A stretch of 64,000 nucleotides of DNA, taken from assembly GCA_043228905.1 (NCBI GenBank), contig JBHGNT010000017.1, forward strand, positions 8,432,001 to 8,496,000, in the 5' to 3' direction. The notes beneath the pieces are model-generated. The model worked only from the letters and a program-made list of their open reading frames with translations. It was not told the origin of the DNA and did no database searches. Position numbers and translations under genes: made by a program. This DNA is from Azolla caroliniana. Its lineage: Eukaryota > Plantae > Polypodiophyta. Shown here in pieces: positions 24,206 to 36,284 of the stretch. Position 1 is the stretch's first letter, and every line of letters starts with the position of its first letter.

Positions 24206-27200
24206 TCATGACACTATCCCCCCTTTAAAACGACGAGTGTCACGAGTCGTCTTGGATTGAGGACCCGGTTTGTGTGGATATTGACGATGGAAGTCTTCAA
24301 GAAGAGCACGAGCATTGGTTACATTCTCGATCGATTCCCAAGTACGTTCGTTGGGGCTATAGCCTAGCCAATCGACTAGATAGTAGAGCTTGTTGCGAAC
24401 AATCTTGGAATCAAGGATGGCGGCAACCGCGTACTCCGGCCCATCTTCAAGCTCGATCGGGGGTGGAGGTTGGATAAGACGTCCTGGGATGGTGCTCTCG
24501 TGGTAGGGTTCGAGGAGAGAACTATGAAACACCGGATGTATCCGAAGTTGAGGAGGTAGATCGAGATGAAAAGCAACATCATTAATCTTTCCAATAATAC
24601 GGAAAGGACCTAATCGCCGATAATCCAATTTCCCACATGGGCGAGTAGTCTTGATGTGTCGTCGTAGCAGCCACACCCGATCTCCAATATTAAAACTGGA
24701 TGGAAGTCGATGACGATCCGCGTAGACCTTGTGTGTTTGTTGAGCTTGCTGGAGATGAGTAGATAAATCCGCTTGTATCTTGCGTAACCGCTCCAAACGA
24801 TCCTCCGCGCACGGATTTGTGGACACCTCTGGGGTTTCAAGTACACTCCACCGGGGGTGACATCCCGTATAAGCATAAAATGGCGTAATTTTAGTGCATG
24901 CGTGGATAGAGTTGTTATAGGCAAATTCGGCGAAGTGGAGAATATCTGCCCAGTCGTCCTGATGATAGCTGAGAAAGCACCGCAGATACTGCTCCAGCAT
25001 TTGATTTGTTCGTTCAGCTTGGCCGTCGGTTTGTGGGTGGTAGCCGGAGGAGAGGTTACAAGTGACCTTGAGCATGTAAAAAAGGTGCTTCTAGAATTTT
25101 GACACGAACTGGGGTCCACGGTCGCTAATGATACTATCGGGAAGTCCATGATGCCGACATACTTCACGCATGACAATTTTGGCAGTGTCTTCACTGGAGA
25201 TCTCCTTAGTACATGGCAAGAAATGAGCCATCTTCGTATATCGATCGACCACCGTTAGAATCGCATTGAACCCCTTAGAGACTGGAAGATCTGTGATGAA
25301 GTCTAGGGCAATGGATTGCCATGGCTTGCTTGGAATTGGTAATGGTTCTAATAAACCATATGGATGATGCCTTGGCATTTTCGCTCTACAACATGTATCA
25401 CAAGTCCGAACAAAATCCTCGACAAATTGTCGCATACAGGGACACCAGAATGATCGTTGTACTAAATGTAATGTTTTAGTACTACCAAAATGCCCAGCTG
25501 TATATGTGTCATGACAGTTTTGTACTACTCGAAGGCGGCAAGAACCATTAGGAACATACAAAAGTTCTTTAAAGAAGAGTAATCCATCATGGTATTTGAA
25601 TTGCCGATAGTCCGTACCTGGTGGTTGCGACTGTGAACACGACGCTCGAGAGGGATCAATTTGTGCTAGTATAGCTTGGGCGAACGCATCTGTCTTCAAG
25701 TCATCACGTATGGTATCGATAACGCGGGAATCCATAGGCATGTTGAAGATCTGTGTTGCTTGTAGTCGTGCCGGTCCCAAGATGACTTGTTTTTGGTTAT
25801 CGAAAGTTGGCTCGCCGGGACGGGGTGCTAGATACGAACGTCGTGATAATGCATCTGCCTTCCCTTGGTGCCTCCCCGGACGATATGTAATTTTGAAGTC
25901 GAAACGCGTGAGGAAGTGGGCCCACCGAGCTTGACATCGATTCAACACACGAGCATCCTGAAAGTAGGCAAGATTCTTGTGGTCACTAAATACGGTGACT
26001 GGATGAGAGGATCCCTCCAGAAAATGCCTCCATTGCATAAAAGAATCCACTATTGCCAATAGCTCCTTATCATGAATTTCGTAGTTGATTTCAGCGGCAT
26101 CAAACTTGCGTGAGTGAAAAGCCACAGGATGTAGCTTCTCATCATTCCCCTGTTGTGACAGAATGCTCCCCAATGCAAAATCCGATGCGTCAGCTTCGAT
26201 AATGAATGGTTTTTCCGGATCGACATGAGCTAGAATTGGAGCCGATGTAAATGCCTTTTTAAGACTCTCGAAAGCCATGTCCGTTTCTTTAGACCAGATG
26301 AACGGTTGTCCCTTCCTGGTATGTTGTGTGAGAGGTAGAACGATCTTTGAGTAATCTTGTATGAACTTCCGTTAAAAATTGGCAAAGCCTAAGAAGCATT
26401 GCACATCCTGCACCGAACGCGGAGTCTGCCATTCTACCACCGTTTTGACCTTAGCTGGGTCCATGGAGATGCCTTCTGACGAAATGATGTAGCCGAGAAA
26501 TTCCACTTGGTTGCACCCGAAACTACATTTTTCCAGCTTTGCATACAGACCATGTTCTCGAAGTCGTTTTAGTACTAATAGTACATGAGAATCATGTTCT
26601 TCTTGGGTCTGTGAATAAACCAGTAGATCATCCAAATAGATGATCAAACAATCATCCAATAGATCTCGGAATTTATCATTAGCCATGTGCTGGAAGACTG
26701 TCGGCGCATTAGTGAGGCCAAACGGCATGACAGTATACTCGAAGTGCCCATATCTGGTGCGAAACGCGGTCTTCCATTCATCTCCTGGTCGGATCCGTAT
26801 GAGGTTATATGCTCCCCGTAAGTCGATCTTCGTGAAGAACCTGGCACCATTGATCCGTTCTAAAAGACTTGAGATAAGGGGAAGAGCATACCTATTCCTG
26901 ATTGTAACCTTATTCAAGCCACGGTAATCTACAACGAGACAAAGAGATCCATCTTTTTTTTGGACAAAGAAAATGGGCGCGCCGGCTGGAGATTTCGAAT
27001 GTCGAATGAAACCATTTTCCAAATTCTCCTCTATATAGGCCCGAAGGACTTCCAACTCGGTTGGTGACAAATTGTAGATCGGTCCCCATGGTGGCTCTTT
27101 TCCTGGTTGTAGATCGATGGGGCAATCGTACGGTCGATGATGAGGAAGTGTGTTGGCTTGTACTTTATCGAACACATCGGCGTAATGACGATACTTCTCG

Positions 27201-27800
27201 GGAAGTTGAACGGTGGATTCTTCTTTAGTGGTGCTGGAGGGTTTTACTGATATTGCAAAGAGGAACATTTCCTCCTTGTGCCCTTCTTTACGCAATTGAC
27301 GTAGCGAAATGGTTGCCATCTTCTGAGTTGACCCTTGGGTTTGTCGACACCGGATTTCTCTTGTTCTCCAATCTATGTCTAGGTTATGTAACTCGAACCA
27401 CGGTAACCCTAAAACTATAGGATGTTCTGGGATACTAATAATATTAAATGATACTACACATGCTAAGTTATCTAGGACAATATTAATGGGCTCTGACTCG
27501 TCTATGATATTTCCGGAAGCAATGGGACGTCCATCAATGACTACTACAAAGGCTGGACACTAGAGTTTTCTTAGGGATATCTTATGAGCTTGAGCAAATT
27601 TCTTATCCATAAAGCAAGAGTTAGCTCCGGAATCTAGGATTGTTAGGACATGTACTGGAGGGGTACTTTTAGTACTAACTATTACTTGGGCTACGAACAC
27701 ATCACTAACTTGCTTAGAGGGAATGGAACCACTAATGGGCTGCACAGATCTAGGACTGTCCAACCAAACAGCTCCTATTTTGGCTGGACTTAGTCGTTTA
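24206..27800 (-). pseudogene. pol: pol (PR-RT-RH-IN-chromodomain) of the Tcn1-like element, with three premature stops
   Basis: The ORFs 27560-27763, 26372-27319, 25091-26278 and 24206-25075 all lie in one frame, separated by single stop codons. Confidence 0.92.
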
Positions 27801-28883
27801 ACCCTTCTTCTAACTGACTAAGGACACCAAATTTGTTTGCTAGATCTGGGATATTACTATCAGATATCCCTACTGAAATAGGCTCGGGTTTAGTACAATT
27901 AGAACTAGCGACTATTTGGTTTACCTGTCTTCTTGGCCTATGGGGGCAATTTATTGCGATATGTCCTGGTCCACCGCAGTAAAGACATAGTCGATTTTTA
28001 CGGCGTCGCTGCTTTTCTTCTTCGGATAATGGCCCTCGACGACGTGTAGTGTCAATCTCCATCGGAGTCGGAGTATTCGCTAGAGGCGCATTATATGACT
28101 CCCTCGGAAAAGGTCTTGCTACCACTAAGGCATAGGTGGGCTCTAATCTTGCCCTCGGCATCTCACCGCGCGACTGATTGCTTCTGTTAAGGACTTTGGC
28201 TCTTCGGGGAAGGTCAAGAGTAAATCCTTGACGTCGTTGCGTAAACCATAACGGAATTGCTCCATCAACGCTTGATCATCCCAAGGGATATCGGCGGCGA
28301 GTAGGCGAAAATCTGCAGCGTATGCGGAGGCCGGACGGTCACCTTGGCGTAATCGCCGGATTTTGTTGATTGCGGTCCTGATGCTGTCAGTATCTCCGAA
28401 ACATGCTTTAAACTCACCTAGAAACTCTTCAAAATTGTTGAGTAACGGAGATTTCTTTTCTAATAGTGGAGCGAACCATGACAATGCTGAGCCACTTAAC
28501 AAAGTGCCTACTAAACCCACTCGTGATGCATCGGTGGGATATCGGGAAGGATGCATTTGAATAACTAATCGTACCTAGTTAAGGAACCCTCTAAACTGCG
28601 ATCGCGTTCCATCGAACTTCGTGGGAAGGCCAATCTTAGGTTCTTTATGAATCCCTTGTGTTCCGGGCCCTTGTTGTTGCATCGCTACGATGGTGGCTTC
28701 GAGTTGTTGCACGCGTAATGCAAGTTCCCCATGCTATTGTTGCGTTTGCTGCTTTTCTAAGGAGATTTGTTGAAGATCCCCCAGCAACTGTTGGTTTTCT
28801 TGTTCCAAAGCATGGAACTTCTCCTTCAAGCATTGAAATTCCGAGAAAACAGATTGATATTCTTCAACGCTAACAGTGGCCAT
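27790..28883 (-). pseudogene. gag: gag of the Tcn1-like element (stop and frameshift)
   Basis: EPKIGLPTKFDG..., LLSGSALSWF, LRQGDRPASAYAADF and a CCHC knuckle. It ends in GGG TTA AAC GAC TAA with pol in the -1 frame. The start position is approximate. Confidence 0.85.
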
Positions 28884-28943
28884 GGGATGAAAGAAAAGAG
28901 GAATAAAAGATTAGTAGGAAATGAGAGAGACAGAAGGTAGGGA

Positions 28944-28955
28944 AAATTGGTTCAA
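28944..28955 (-). promoter_or_regulatory. Self-priming PBS of the Tcn1-like element
   Basis: TTGAACCAATTT begins 2 nt after the 5' LTR, lacks the TGG of tRNA-type PBSs and is complementary to LTR positions 29239-29250. Confidence 0.8.
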
Positions 28956-29056
28956 ACTGTCATGAACAGTACTGAGACAGAGAAGGAATTAGTACTAAAC
29001 GAAGGATTAGTACTATGAGAGGTGTGGAACTTCTTCGAGAGAAGGAAGAAGTGAGC

Positions 29057-29172
<116 letters not shown>

Positions 29173-29831
29173 TGATAAGAAAGATATGTATTATATGAAG
29201 AGAATATACAATGGTGGCTAAAAGGCTTAAGATTGGCGTTGAACCAATTTGGTTCAACATAATGCCTAGTGCCCTCTTTTATAGTGTTTTCAGGAGTAAT
29301 CCTGAAGCTTCTAGAATGTTCCAGAGAAATCTGGAATATACACTAATTTCCTATAATAAAATGTAAATGAAAATAATATTTTACGTATTACAATACATGG
29401 TCTAATGGTCAAGAGCTCAACCCATATAACCTAAGGTCATGGGTTCGAGTCTTGCCATATCATGACACTCTCGCTCTTTGTTTGTACAACAGTTATACAC
29501 ATACAATAATATTGTGGTGGTCACATGGACCACACCTAGATTAGGCCCCTACCAAGCCCCATGCACCACACATAGACCACACCCAAATTAGGCCCCTACC
29601 AAGCCTCATGCACCACACCCAAACTAGGCCCCCACCAAGCCCCATAATTAGTAGAGCTAATTGGAGCGGGAGAACACCCTCCACACTAAGAGAGAGTCTA
29701 TAAAATGTAACTTGAGACATAATGAAAGGGAGGCTATTCTTGAGAGCATTTCACATCTTGAGCATTTCACATCTTGGTGGAGAAGACGGGCCAAGCCACC
29801 CCAACTCACGACCCCAACAACGCCCGCCACG

Positions 29832-30782
29832 ATGCAACACGACAACAACGACGGCAACGCAAACTCGATGAATCTGGAATTCCTACAACACAATCAAGGA
29901 CACCAGCCCACATCGCCAATCGACCAACTGGTTCAAGCTCTGTCCAACATCATTTTACAAGTTAACCATACTAACCAAGCCATGTTGTCCTTTCTTTCAG
30001 CACGATCCGAGCCACAACAAAATCTCCCGGACTCTCGAGTTCGCCCAAAACCGTTCTCCGGCCTACCATCGGAAGACGTCCTCTCTTGGCTGGATCATTT
30101 CGAAATGGTGGCCAGTTACCACCAGTGGCCACACCCTCGGAAGGCAATGGAGATGAAGACGCTCCTCGAGAATATCGCGGCAACATGGCTTGTACAACAA
30201 CCCGAAGAGACACGCAACGACTGGGATCTGTTACGGGCAGCCATGATTCGGAATTTTGCTCATCAAGACTCCCGCCAGACGGCCCTACAACAACTTGAGT
30301 CAATTACCCAACAACCACGCGAACCCATCACCCAGTTCGCGGTTCGTTTTGTGCAGATCCTACGTCGGGCTGACGCCAACATGTCAGAGGACATGAAGTT
30401 GTTTTTTTTCTGGCCGCGTATACGACATGACCTCCGCCGCCGTGTACGCGATCAAGGCCCGACGACACTACACGAAGCCATCCTCACTGCCCAACGCATC
30501 GAAGCTGCTGACGCGCACGACATGCACACACCAGGTAATCTCAGTCATGATCATACAAACACTATACCAGCCGTCACTCCCATGGACATCGACATCCAGA
30601 ACGCGCAATTACGTGCCAAGCGTGCATTGCCCGAACGAGACAGCCAGGGACGCCCCAAATGTTTCTACTGCAACAACTATGGCCACATTCGGCGTCACTG
30701 CCGAAAGTGGCAGAATCACCAACAGAAGCAGAACGTCCAATTAGCTGACGCTGCCTCCCTCTCTGAGCTCCCGGAAAACTAA
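29832..30782 (+). CDS. gag: Gag polyprotein
   Basis: Open frame with PKPFSG..WLDHFE, ITQQPREPITQF and the CFYCNNYGHIRRHC zinc knuckle. The first ATG after the PBS is assumed to be the start. Confidence 0.92.
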   Translation: MQHDNNDGNANSMNLEFLQHNQGHQPTSPIDQLVQALSNIILQVNHTNQAMLSFLSARSEPQQNLPDSRVRPKPFSGLPSEDVLSWLDHFEMVASYHQWPHPRKAMEMKTLLENIAATWLVQQPEETRNDWDLLRAAMIRNFAHQDSRQTALQQLESITQQPREPITQFAVRFVQILRRADANMSEDMKLFFFWPRIRHDLRRRVRDQGPTTLHEAILTAQRIEAADAHDMHTPGNLSHDHTNTIPAVTPMDIDIQNAQLRAKRALPERDSQGRPKCFYCNNYGHIRRHCRKWQNHQQKQNVQLADAASLSELPEN

Positions 30783-33700
30783 TGCGCGGGGTGCCGCAGG
30801 GAGAGCCGCCCCCGCACATCCACGTCTCCACGTCCTCAACTTCTCCCGTTTCTCCCACGATCGAGCCGCCCCCGCACGTCCACGCCTCCACTTCATCAAC
30901 TTCGCCCGTTTGTACCACAATCGCCCGCCTCCAGCACACGACCCAAGAAGTTCTCCTCGACTCCGGCAGCAGCATCTCTTCCATTAGCGCAGATTTAGTC
31001 ACCCAATTACAACTTCCCACGAGCCACGCACCGCCCATTAAAATCCTCTTCGGCGACCAACAACGGGTGTACCACTCACATACGCAAGTCAGGTGCATGC
31101 TCACCATTAGTTCTGCCCAGATCCACCATCGTTTCTACGTCCTCCCGCGCCAGTTGTTCCCAATCACCTTGGGATGTGATTGGTTCCTCCATAGTCGAGC
31201 CTGTCTCGATTTCTCCGCACAACAGCTCATCCTCCCAGATCACATTCCGATCGCGCTCTTCACTACTCCGTGGGATACCACCCACATCAGCAACACACAG
31301 TACCTGATATCACCGGCGGAGCGCATCAACGACATCAGACGGCTCCTCGCCACCTTTCCCTCGTTGTCTACACCACCTGTAAAACCTCCCTCGGTCCGTT
31401 TTCCGATTCACCACACGATTCCTACAGGCAACGCCCACCCCATCAACGCAGCTCCCCGACGTCGCTCGCCTCTCGACCACGAGCGCATCGACAACGCCGT
31501 CAAAACTATGCTCCAACAAGGGATTATCACACCTTCCAAGAGCGAGTGGATCTCGGAGCCACACATGGTAAAGAAAGGGGATGGTTCTTACCGCTTTTGT
31601 GTCGACTTCCGACAACTGAACCATGTCACCACCCATGACCGATACCCTCTCCCTCGTATCGATGACCTCCTCGACCAGCTTTGCAAATCAAAGTATTTCA
31701 CCTCCCTCGATCTAGCCTCGGGATATTGGCAGATCCCGATGAATCCTCACGATGCCCACAAAACTGCATTCCGCACTAGGAAAGGCATTTTTCAGTTCAC
31801 ACGGATGCCCTTTGGCCTATCTGATGCGGGGAGCACATTCCAGCGAATGGCTAATGCCATCTTCGATGATCTCATCACCCGTCGTGTCGTCATCGTCTAT
31901 CTAGACGATATTCTGGTACATACAAGCACTTGGGCAGAACACCTTCAAGTCCTTCGGGAGGTCCTAACTTGTGTTCAACACTATCGATTGCAGCTGCAAT
32001 GGAAGAAGTGTCGATGGGGTAGTACGCGCCTCCGCTTCCTTGGGTACGTCATCTCCTCCGACGGAATACAAATGGACCCGGAGAAGACAGAAGCAGTCCA
32101 AAAATTCCCACGCCCCACCACAGTCAAGCAGCTTCAACGCTTCCTCGGCCTCCTCACGTTCTCTCTTCGTTTCATCCCACGGCTAGCCAACCTGTCAGCC
32201 CCACTACGCGCGCTCCTACAAAAAGACGCACCCTTCCTGTGGACCGAAGCCTGCGAATCCAGCTTCCTGCAGCTCAAGAGAACACTCCAAGCCTCTGACC
32301 TCCTGGCCCACCCTGATTTCACGAAGCCTTTCCATCTGCAGACGGATGCCTCCAATGTCGGCCTTGGTGCGGTCCTGCTCCAATCCGACGACAACGACCA
32401 ACTCCGCCTGATTGCCTACATCAGTCGGTCACTTACCAAAGCCGAACAAAATTACTCGACAACTGAAAAAGAGTTCCTCGCCATCGTCTGGGCATTCCAT
32501 CGTTTCCACCCATACCTTCACGGATCAAATACATCAGTCGAAACCGACCATCAGCCATTGCTCTCCCTCATAAAGAAGGCTCATCCACCCGGCCGCTTAC
32601 TTCGTTGGGTTTTGGCGCTACAGGATTACACATTCACTCTACGCTATCGCCATGGTCCACAAAACATCGTCGTCGATGGATTATCCCGCATATCCTTTCA
32701 GGCGAACCAGATCACCTCCAACACAATCGATTTCCCCATATCCTCGTCCCAAATGGCCAACATGCAACAACACGACAAACAAATCCAAGATATCTGCCAC
32801 CGCCTACGAGCTGAACCGACATCATCCCTCACCAAGCAATTCATGATCCAGGATAATGTCCTACTTTTTTGTCAAGTAGGCAAAGAACCCCGAGTCTACG
32901 TGCCTGAGCAACTACGCCAGTCTTACGTTCGTTTCTTCCACAATCACCCGTTGTCCGGCCACTTGGGTTTTCATAAGGTGCTCGACAAAATTCGTCGCAA
33001 ATTCTATTGGCCTGGGCTACGCCACGAGGTCGCCTCCTACATCAAAGCATGCAACTTATGTCAGGCCATCAAATCACCTCAAGTGGCTCAAGGCCTCTTA
33101 CATCCGATACAAGTTCAAGCTCCATTTGAAATCGTCGGATGGGACATTATGGGCCCCTTTCCCGAGTCACAAGGAGGGAACAAATTCATCCTCGTCATCA
33201 CCGAGTACTTGACGCGTTGGGCTGAGACGGCCGCTATCCCAGATGCAAAGGCTATGACCATCGCCTCCAAACTATTGGAGAAAATCATCTTCCCCCACGG
33301 TTGCCCACTCCAAATCTTGTCCGATCGAGGACCCCAGTTCAACGGTGAGCTCCTACGCCTCGTTTCAACACAACTAGGAATCCAACAGTTATTCACGTCA
33401 CCCTACCATCCGCAAACGAATGGGTTGACGGAGCGCCTCAATCGAACCTTAAAACAACAAATCTCAGCCTACATCGATCCACTGCACTCAACCTGGGACC
33501 GAATCTTGCCCTTCGTTACGCATGCCTACAACACAACTGTGCAAGCCTCTACCCGCATTAGCCCATTTCGGGCCCTTTATGGAAGGGACCCGCGCTTACC
33601 CCCAGAAGTGGCAGTCCCGCAACCAACCACACGACTCCACGCTGACGCAATGTCTTGGTGGTCCCACCTACAACAACTCCAGCCCCTCCTCCGCAAAGCC

Positions 33701-34054
33701 ATCACGAGCAACCTGCACCAGGCACAACTATGCCAAAAACGACAACACGATATAGGCCGTGTCGACCATCAATACCACGTCGGTGACAAAGTCCTCGTCT
33801 ACTTCCCCATCCGTCGTCGCGGTCTCAGCGAATCGCTCATGCACCGATGGATCGGTCCCTTCGAAGTTCAAAAGCAGATACGCGACACTACATACCTGCT
33901 CCGCCGCGCCTCCAACAACCGCTCTACCTTTGCTCACCAGTCTCGCATGAAGCCCTTCCATCAACTACCACCGCCCCCACCCACACTCATGCCTACGCCC
34001 ACGCCCGTGTCATCCCCCCGTCTGGAACCGTCGTCCACGCCTCGTCGCGCTTAG
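30782..34054 (+). CDS. pol: Pol polyprotein (PR-RT-RH-IN), 1090 aa
   Basis: LLDSGS, LDLASGYWQ, MPFGL, YLDD, QTDASNVGLG, HHCC, HPQTNGLTER and WIGPF. No chromodomain. Confidence 0.96.
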   Translation: MRGVPQGEPPPHIHVSTSSTSPVSPTIEPPPHVHASTSSTSPVCTTIARLQHTTQEVLLDSGSSISSISADLVTQLQLPTSHAPPIKILFGDQQRVYHSHTQVRCMLTISSAQIHHRFYVLPRQLFPITLGCDWFLHSRACLDFSAQQLILPDHIPIALFTTPWDTTHISNTQYLISPAERINDIRRLLATFPSLSTPPVKPPSVRFPIHHTIPTGNAHPINAAPRRRSPLDHERIDNAVKTMLQQGIITPSKSEWISEPHMVKKGDGSYRFCVDFRQLNHVTTHDRYPLPRIDDLLDQLCKSKYFTSLDLASGYWQIPMNPHDAHKTAFRTRKGIFQFTRMPFGLSDAGSTFQRMANAIFDDLITRRVVIVYLDDILVHTSTWAEHLQVLREVLTCVQHYRLQLQWKKCRWGSTRLRFLGYVISSDGIQMDPEKTEAVQKFPRPTTVKQLQRFLGLLTFSLRFIPRLANLSAPLRALLQKDAPFLWTEACESSFLQLKRTLQASDLLAHPDFTKPFHLQTDASNVGLGAVLLQSDDNDQLRLIAYISRSLTKAEQNYSTTEKEFLAIVWAFHRFHPYLHGSNTSVETDHQPLLSLIKKAHPPGRLLRWVLALQDYTFTLRYRHGPQNIVVDGLSRISFQANQITSNTIDFPISSSQMANMQQHDKQIQDICHRLRAEPTSSLTKQFMIQDNVLLFCQVGKEPRVYVPEQLRQSYVRFFHNHPLSGHLGFHKVLDKIRRKFYWPGLRHEVASYIKACNLCQAIKSPQVAQGLLHPIQVQAPFEIVGWDIMGPFPESQGGNKFILVITEYLTRWAETAAIPDAKAMTIASKLLEKIIFPHGCPLQILSDRGPQFNGELLRLVSTQLGIQQLFTSPYHPQTNGLTERLNRTLKQQISAYIDPLHSTWDRILPFVTHAYNTTVQASTRISPFRALYGRDPRLPPEVAVPQPTTRLHADAMSWWSHLQQLQPLLRKAITSNLHQAQLCQKRQHDIGRVDHQYHVGDKVLVYFPIRRRGLSESLMHRWIGPFEVQKQIRDTTYLLRRASNNRSTFAHQSRMKPFHQLPPPPPTLMPTPTPVSSPRLEPSSTPRRA

Positions 34055-34493
34055 ACTGCACAATAACTTTTTTCTTTTTCTTTTTTTACAAGGGGGAATT
34101 GTGGTGGTCACATGGACCACACCTAGATTAGGCCCCTACCAAGCCCCATGCACCACACATAGACCACACCCAAATTAGGCCCCTACCAAGCCTCATGCAC
34201 CACACCCAAACTAGGCCCCCACCAAGCCCCATAATTAGTAGAGCTAATTGGAGCGGGAGAACACCCTCCACGCTAAGAGAGAGTCTATAAAATGTAACTT
34301 GAGACATAATGAAAGGGAGGCTATTCTTGAGAGCATTTCACATCTTGAGCATTTCACAATATGATAACAAACGCCACACTCATAAAGGGATTGCCCTAAG
34401 TCATATTTATACTTATATGAACTTAGGGCTATTTACAAATATAGCCTCAAAAGGCTTACTCAAAACATATTTATAAGTATGTCTTCTCTTCCG

Positions 34494-35775
34494 TGTTGAA
34501 TGACAAGCTCAACATTGGGTGCGTAACACGGTGCACAACCCAATGCGTAGATTGGGTGCGTAAAACAGTACACATAACGTGGCCGTATTGGTGCATAAAC
34601 CGAAAGGCCGTTAGTATGGTATTCCTTATAAGGAATAATTTTGGGAGTTGGTGTAGTAGGCTCATTTATGAGCAGTCGAGTACTGTCAGTACTTGTGTTA
34701 GCCCGATAGTCAAGGCTTCTATAAAAGGTGCTCATTGAGCACGAAGTATGTACAGAGTGTCATTATTTTGAAATAGAACTGAGTTTTCTGCTCTCTCTCT
34801 CTCTATCTCTCCATCACCATCTCCATCTCTACATTTTCTGTGTTTTACCAAAACTATCGTTCTCCGAACTGTGTACCCTGTGTTTCATATACGCTTCCGC
34901 ACATGTATTCTTTTACATGGTATCAAAGCGTGAGGGTTGAAGTCCTCTACAACCAACAGAAAAGCTTGTGACAGAGACATAGTTGAGTTGTTTCGGAAAA
35001 GATAAGACAACAACATGGACAGAGGAATGGGAAGCTCCCTACCGACTGAGAAGCTCGACATGAGCAACTACGCATCTTTTTCATACAAGATGCACCATTA
35101 CCTGCTCGGTCACGGCTACTAGAGTTATGTCGAAGGATCTAATGATGTAGCACTCAATTCGACACACAGAGATTTTTCGGCTTGGGAACAAGCGGCAAGC
35201 AAAGTTCTCTACTGTTTTGCATCTTGTGTGAGCGACCAGCTATTGAGCAATATTCGGGATGCTAAGACACCAAATGACGCGTGGGCGAATCTCAAAAAGC
35301 TTTTTGCCGCAAGCACAACGGCCAGGAAGCTGCAGCTCAGGCAGGAGCTCAGCAATGTCCGACAGAAAGATCTATTTGTGGCGGATTACACAGCCCGAAT
35401 CAAGTAAATCTGTGACTCACTTGCCTCCATCAATGTGAATGTCGAGGAGGACGAGATGGTGCAAGTGAACCTTGGTGGGCTAGCGTCCAGGTTCAGAGCT
35501 TTTCGAACGGCAGTCTGTACAAGGGAGAATACGCCTTCGTTTTTCGAGCTTCAATCGATGTTGCTCGTAGAGGAAAACCACGCAGGTGCGTCAACGAGTA
35601 CGCACGCTAACGGCAAGATGTTGTACACGGAGGAAGATAGGCCCCGTGGTCGTGGTGGACGAGGCGAATCGGCGCGCAATAGAGGCGGCCGACAAGAGCA
35701 GAACAAACGGCATAATCAAAATGCCGACAGCAGTTTCTGACCCTCCACAAGCAGGGGGAGTCATGGCGGTGGACA
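34494..35775 (+). mobile_element. 5' part of a Copia element (LTR 34494-34917, tRNA-Met PBS, degenerate gag), related to 58179-62718
   Basis: TGTTG..TACA LTR, PBS TGGTATCAAAGC and gag MDRGMGSSLPTEKLD from 35015. Truncated. Confidence 0.9.
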
Positions 35776-35840
35776 TGTTTGTAAATATGTTTTGGTGCGC
35801 CTAAGACAAGCCATATTTGTAAATAGCCCATAGTATGTAT

Positions 35841-36284
35841 TAGGGATCGGCAACGGCTCGGCTCAAGCCTAAACCGTTTGGCTTAGCCAGCTTGAAAACG
35901 GCTTAGCGGCTCAGCTCGGCTCGATTTAGGCTTGAACTTGCCTTAACAGTTTGAGCTCAGCGTGGCTTGGCTTGAGCCTCGCCAAACCGGCTCAAGCCGG
36001 CTAAGCCGGTTAAGCCGTTTAGAAATATTAGAGAGAGAGGGGGAGAGAGAAAGAGAGAGAGGGAGGGAGACAATAGACAAGGGGAAAGAGAGAGAGGTTT
36101 CCAAACCGGTTACCAAGCCATTTACCAAACTGGTTCACAAACCAGTTTAGGCTAAACCGGTTTGTGAACTGGTTCGGTTCGGTTCAGTTCATGTTTGAGA
36201 TCCCTGAAACAGTTTAGGCTTAGCCGGTTTGGCTTGGATCAGGCCAAACCGGCTAAGCCTAAACCGAACCATTGTTGATCCCTA
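35841..36284. mobile_element. hAT-type MITE, 444 bp
   Basis: Imperfect TIRs TAGGGATCGGCAACGG / CCATTGTTGATCCCTA with a perfect 8-bp TSD gtatgtat. Dense aaaccgg/ggcttag subterminal repeats. Confidence 0.92.

Larger units (their letters stand above)
29513..34358 (+). mobile_element. Young, intact non-chromovirus Gypsy LTR retrotransposon; LTRs 29513-29771 and 34100-34358
   Basis: 259-bp LTRs with one difference seen by eye and a 4-bp TSD atat. PBS TGGTGGAGAAGACGGGC (29775-29791), T-tract plus PPT aagggggaat, and uninterrupted gag and pol. Confidence 0.97.

Noticed and set aside
24137-24210. Functional tRNA-Met gene
   Set aside because: The acceptor, anticodon and T stems do not pair properly, so it is reported only as a tRNA-like promoter module.
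29513-34358. Contaminant or endogenous retrovirus with env
   Set aside because: It has a TSD inside a host LTR, and there is no third ORF between pol and the PPT.
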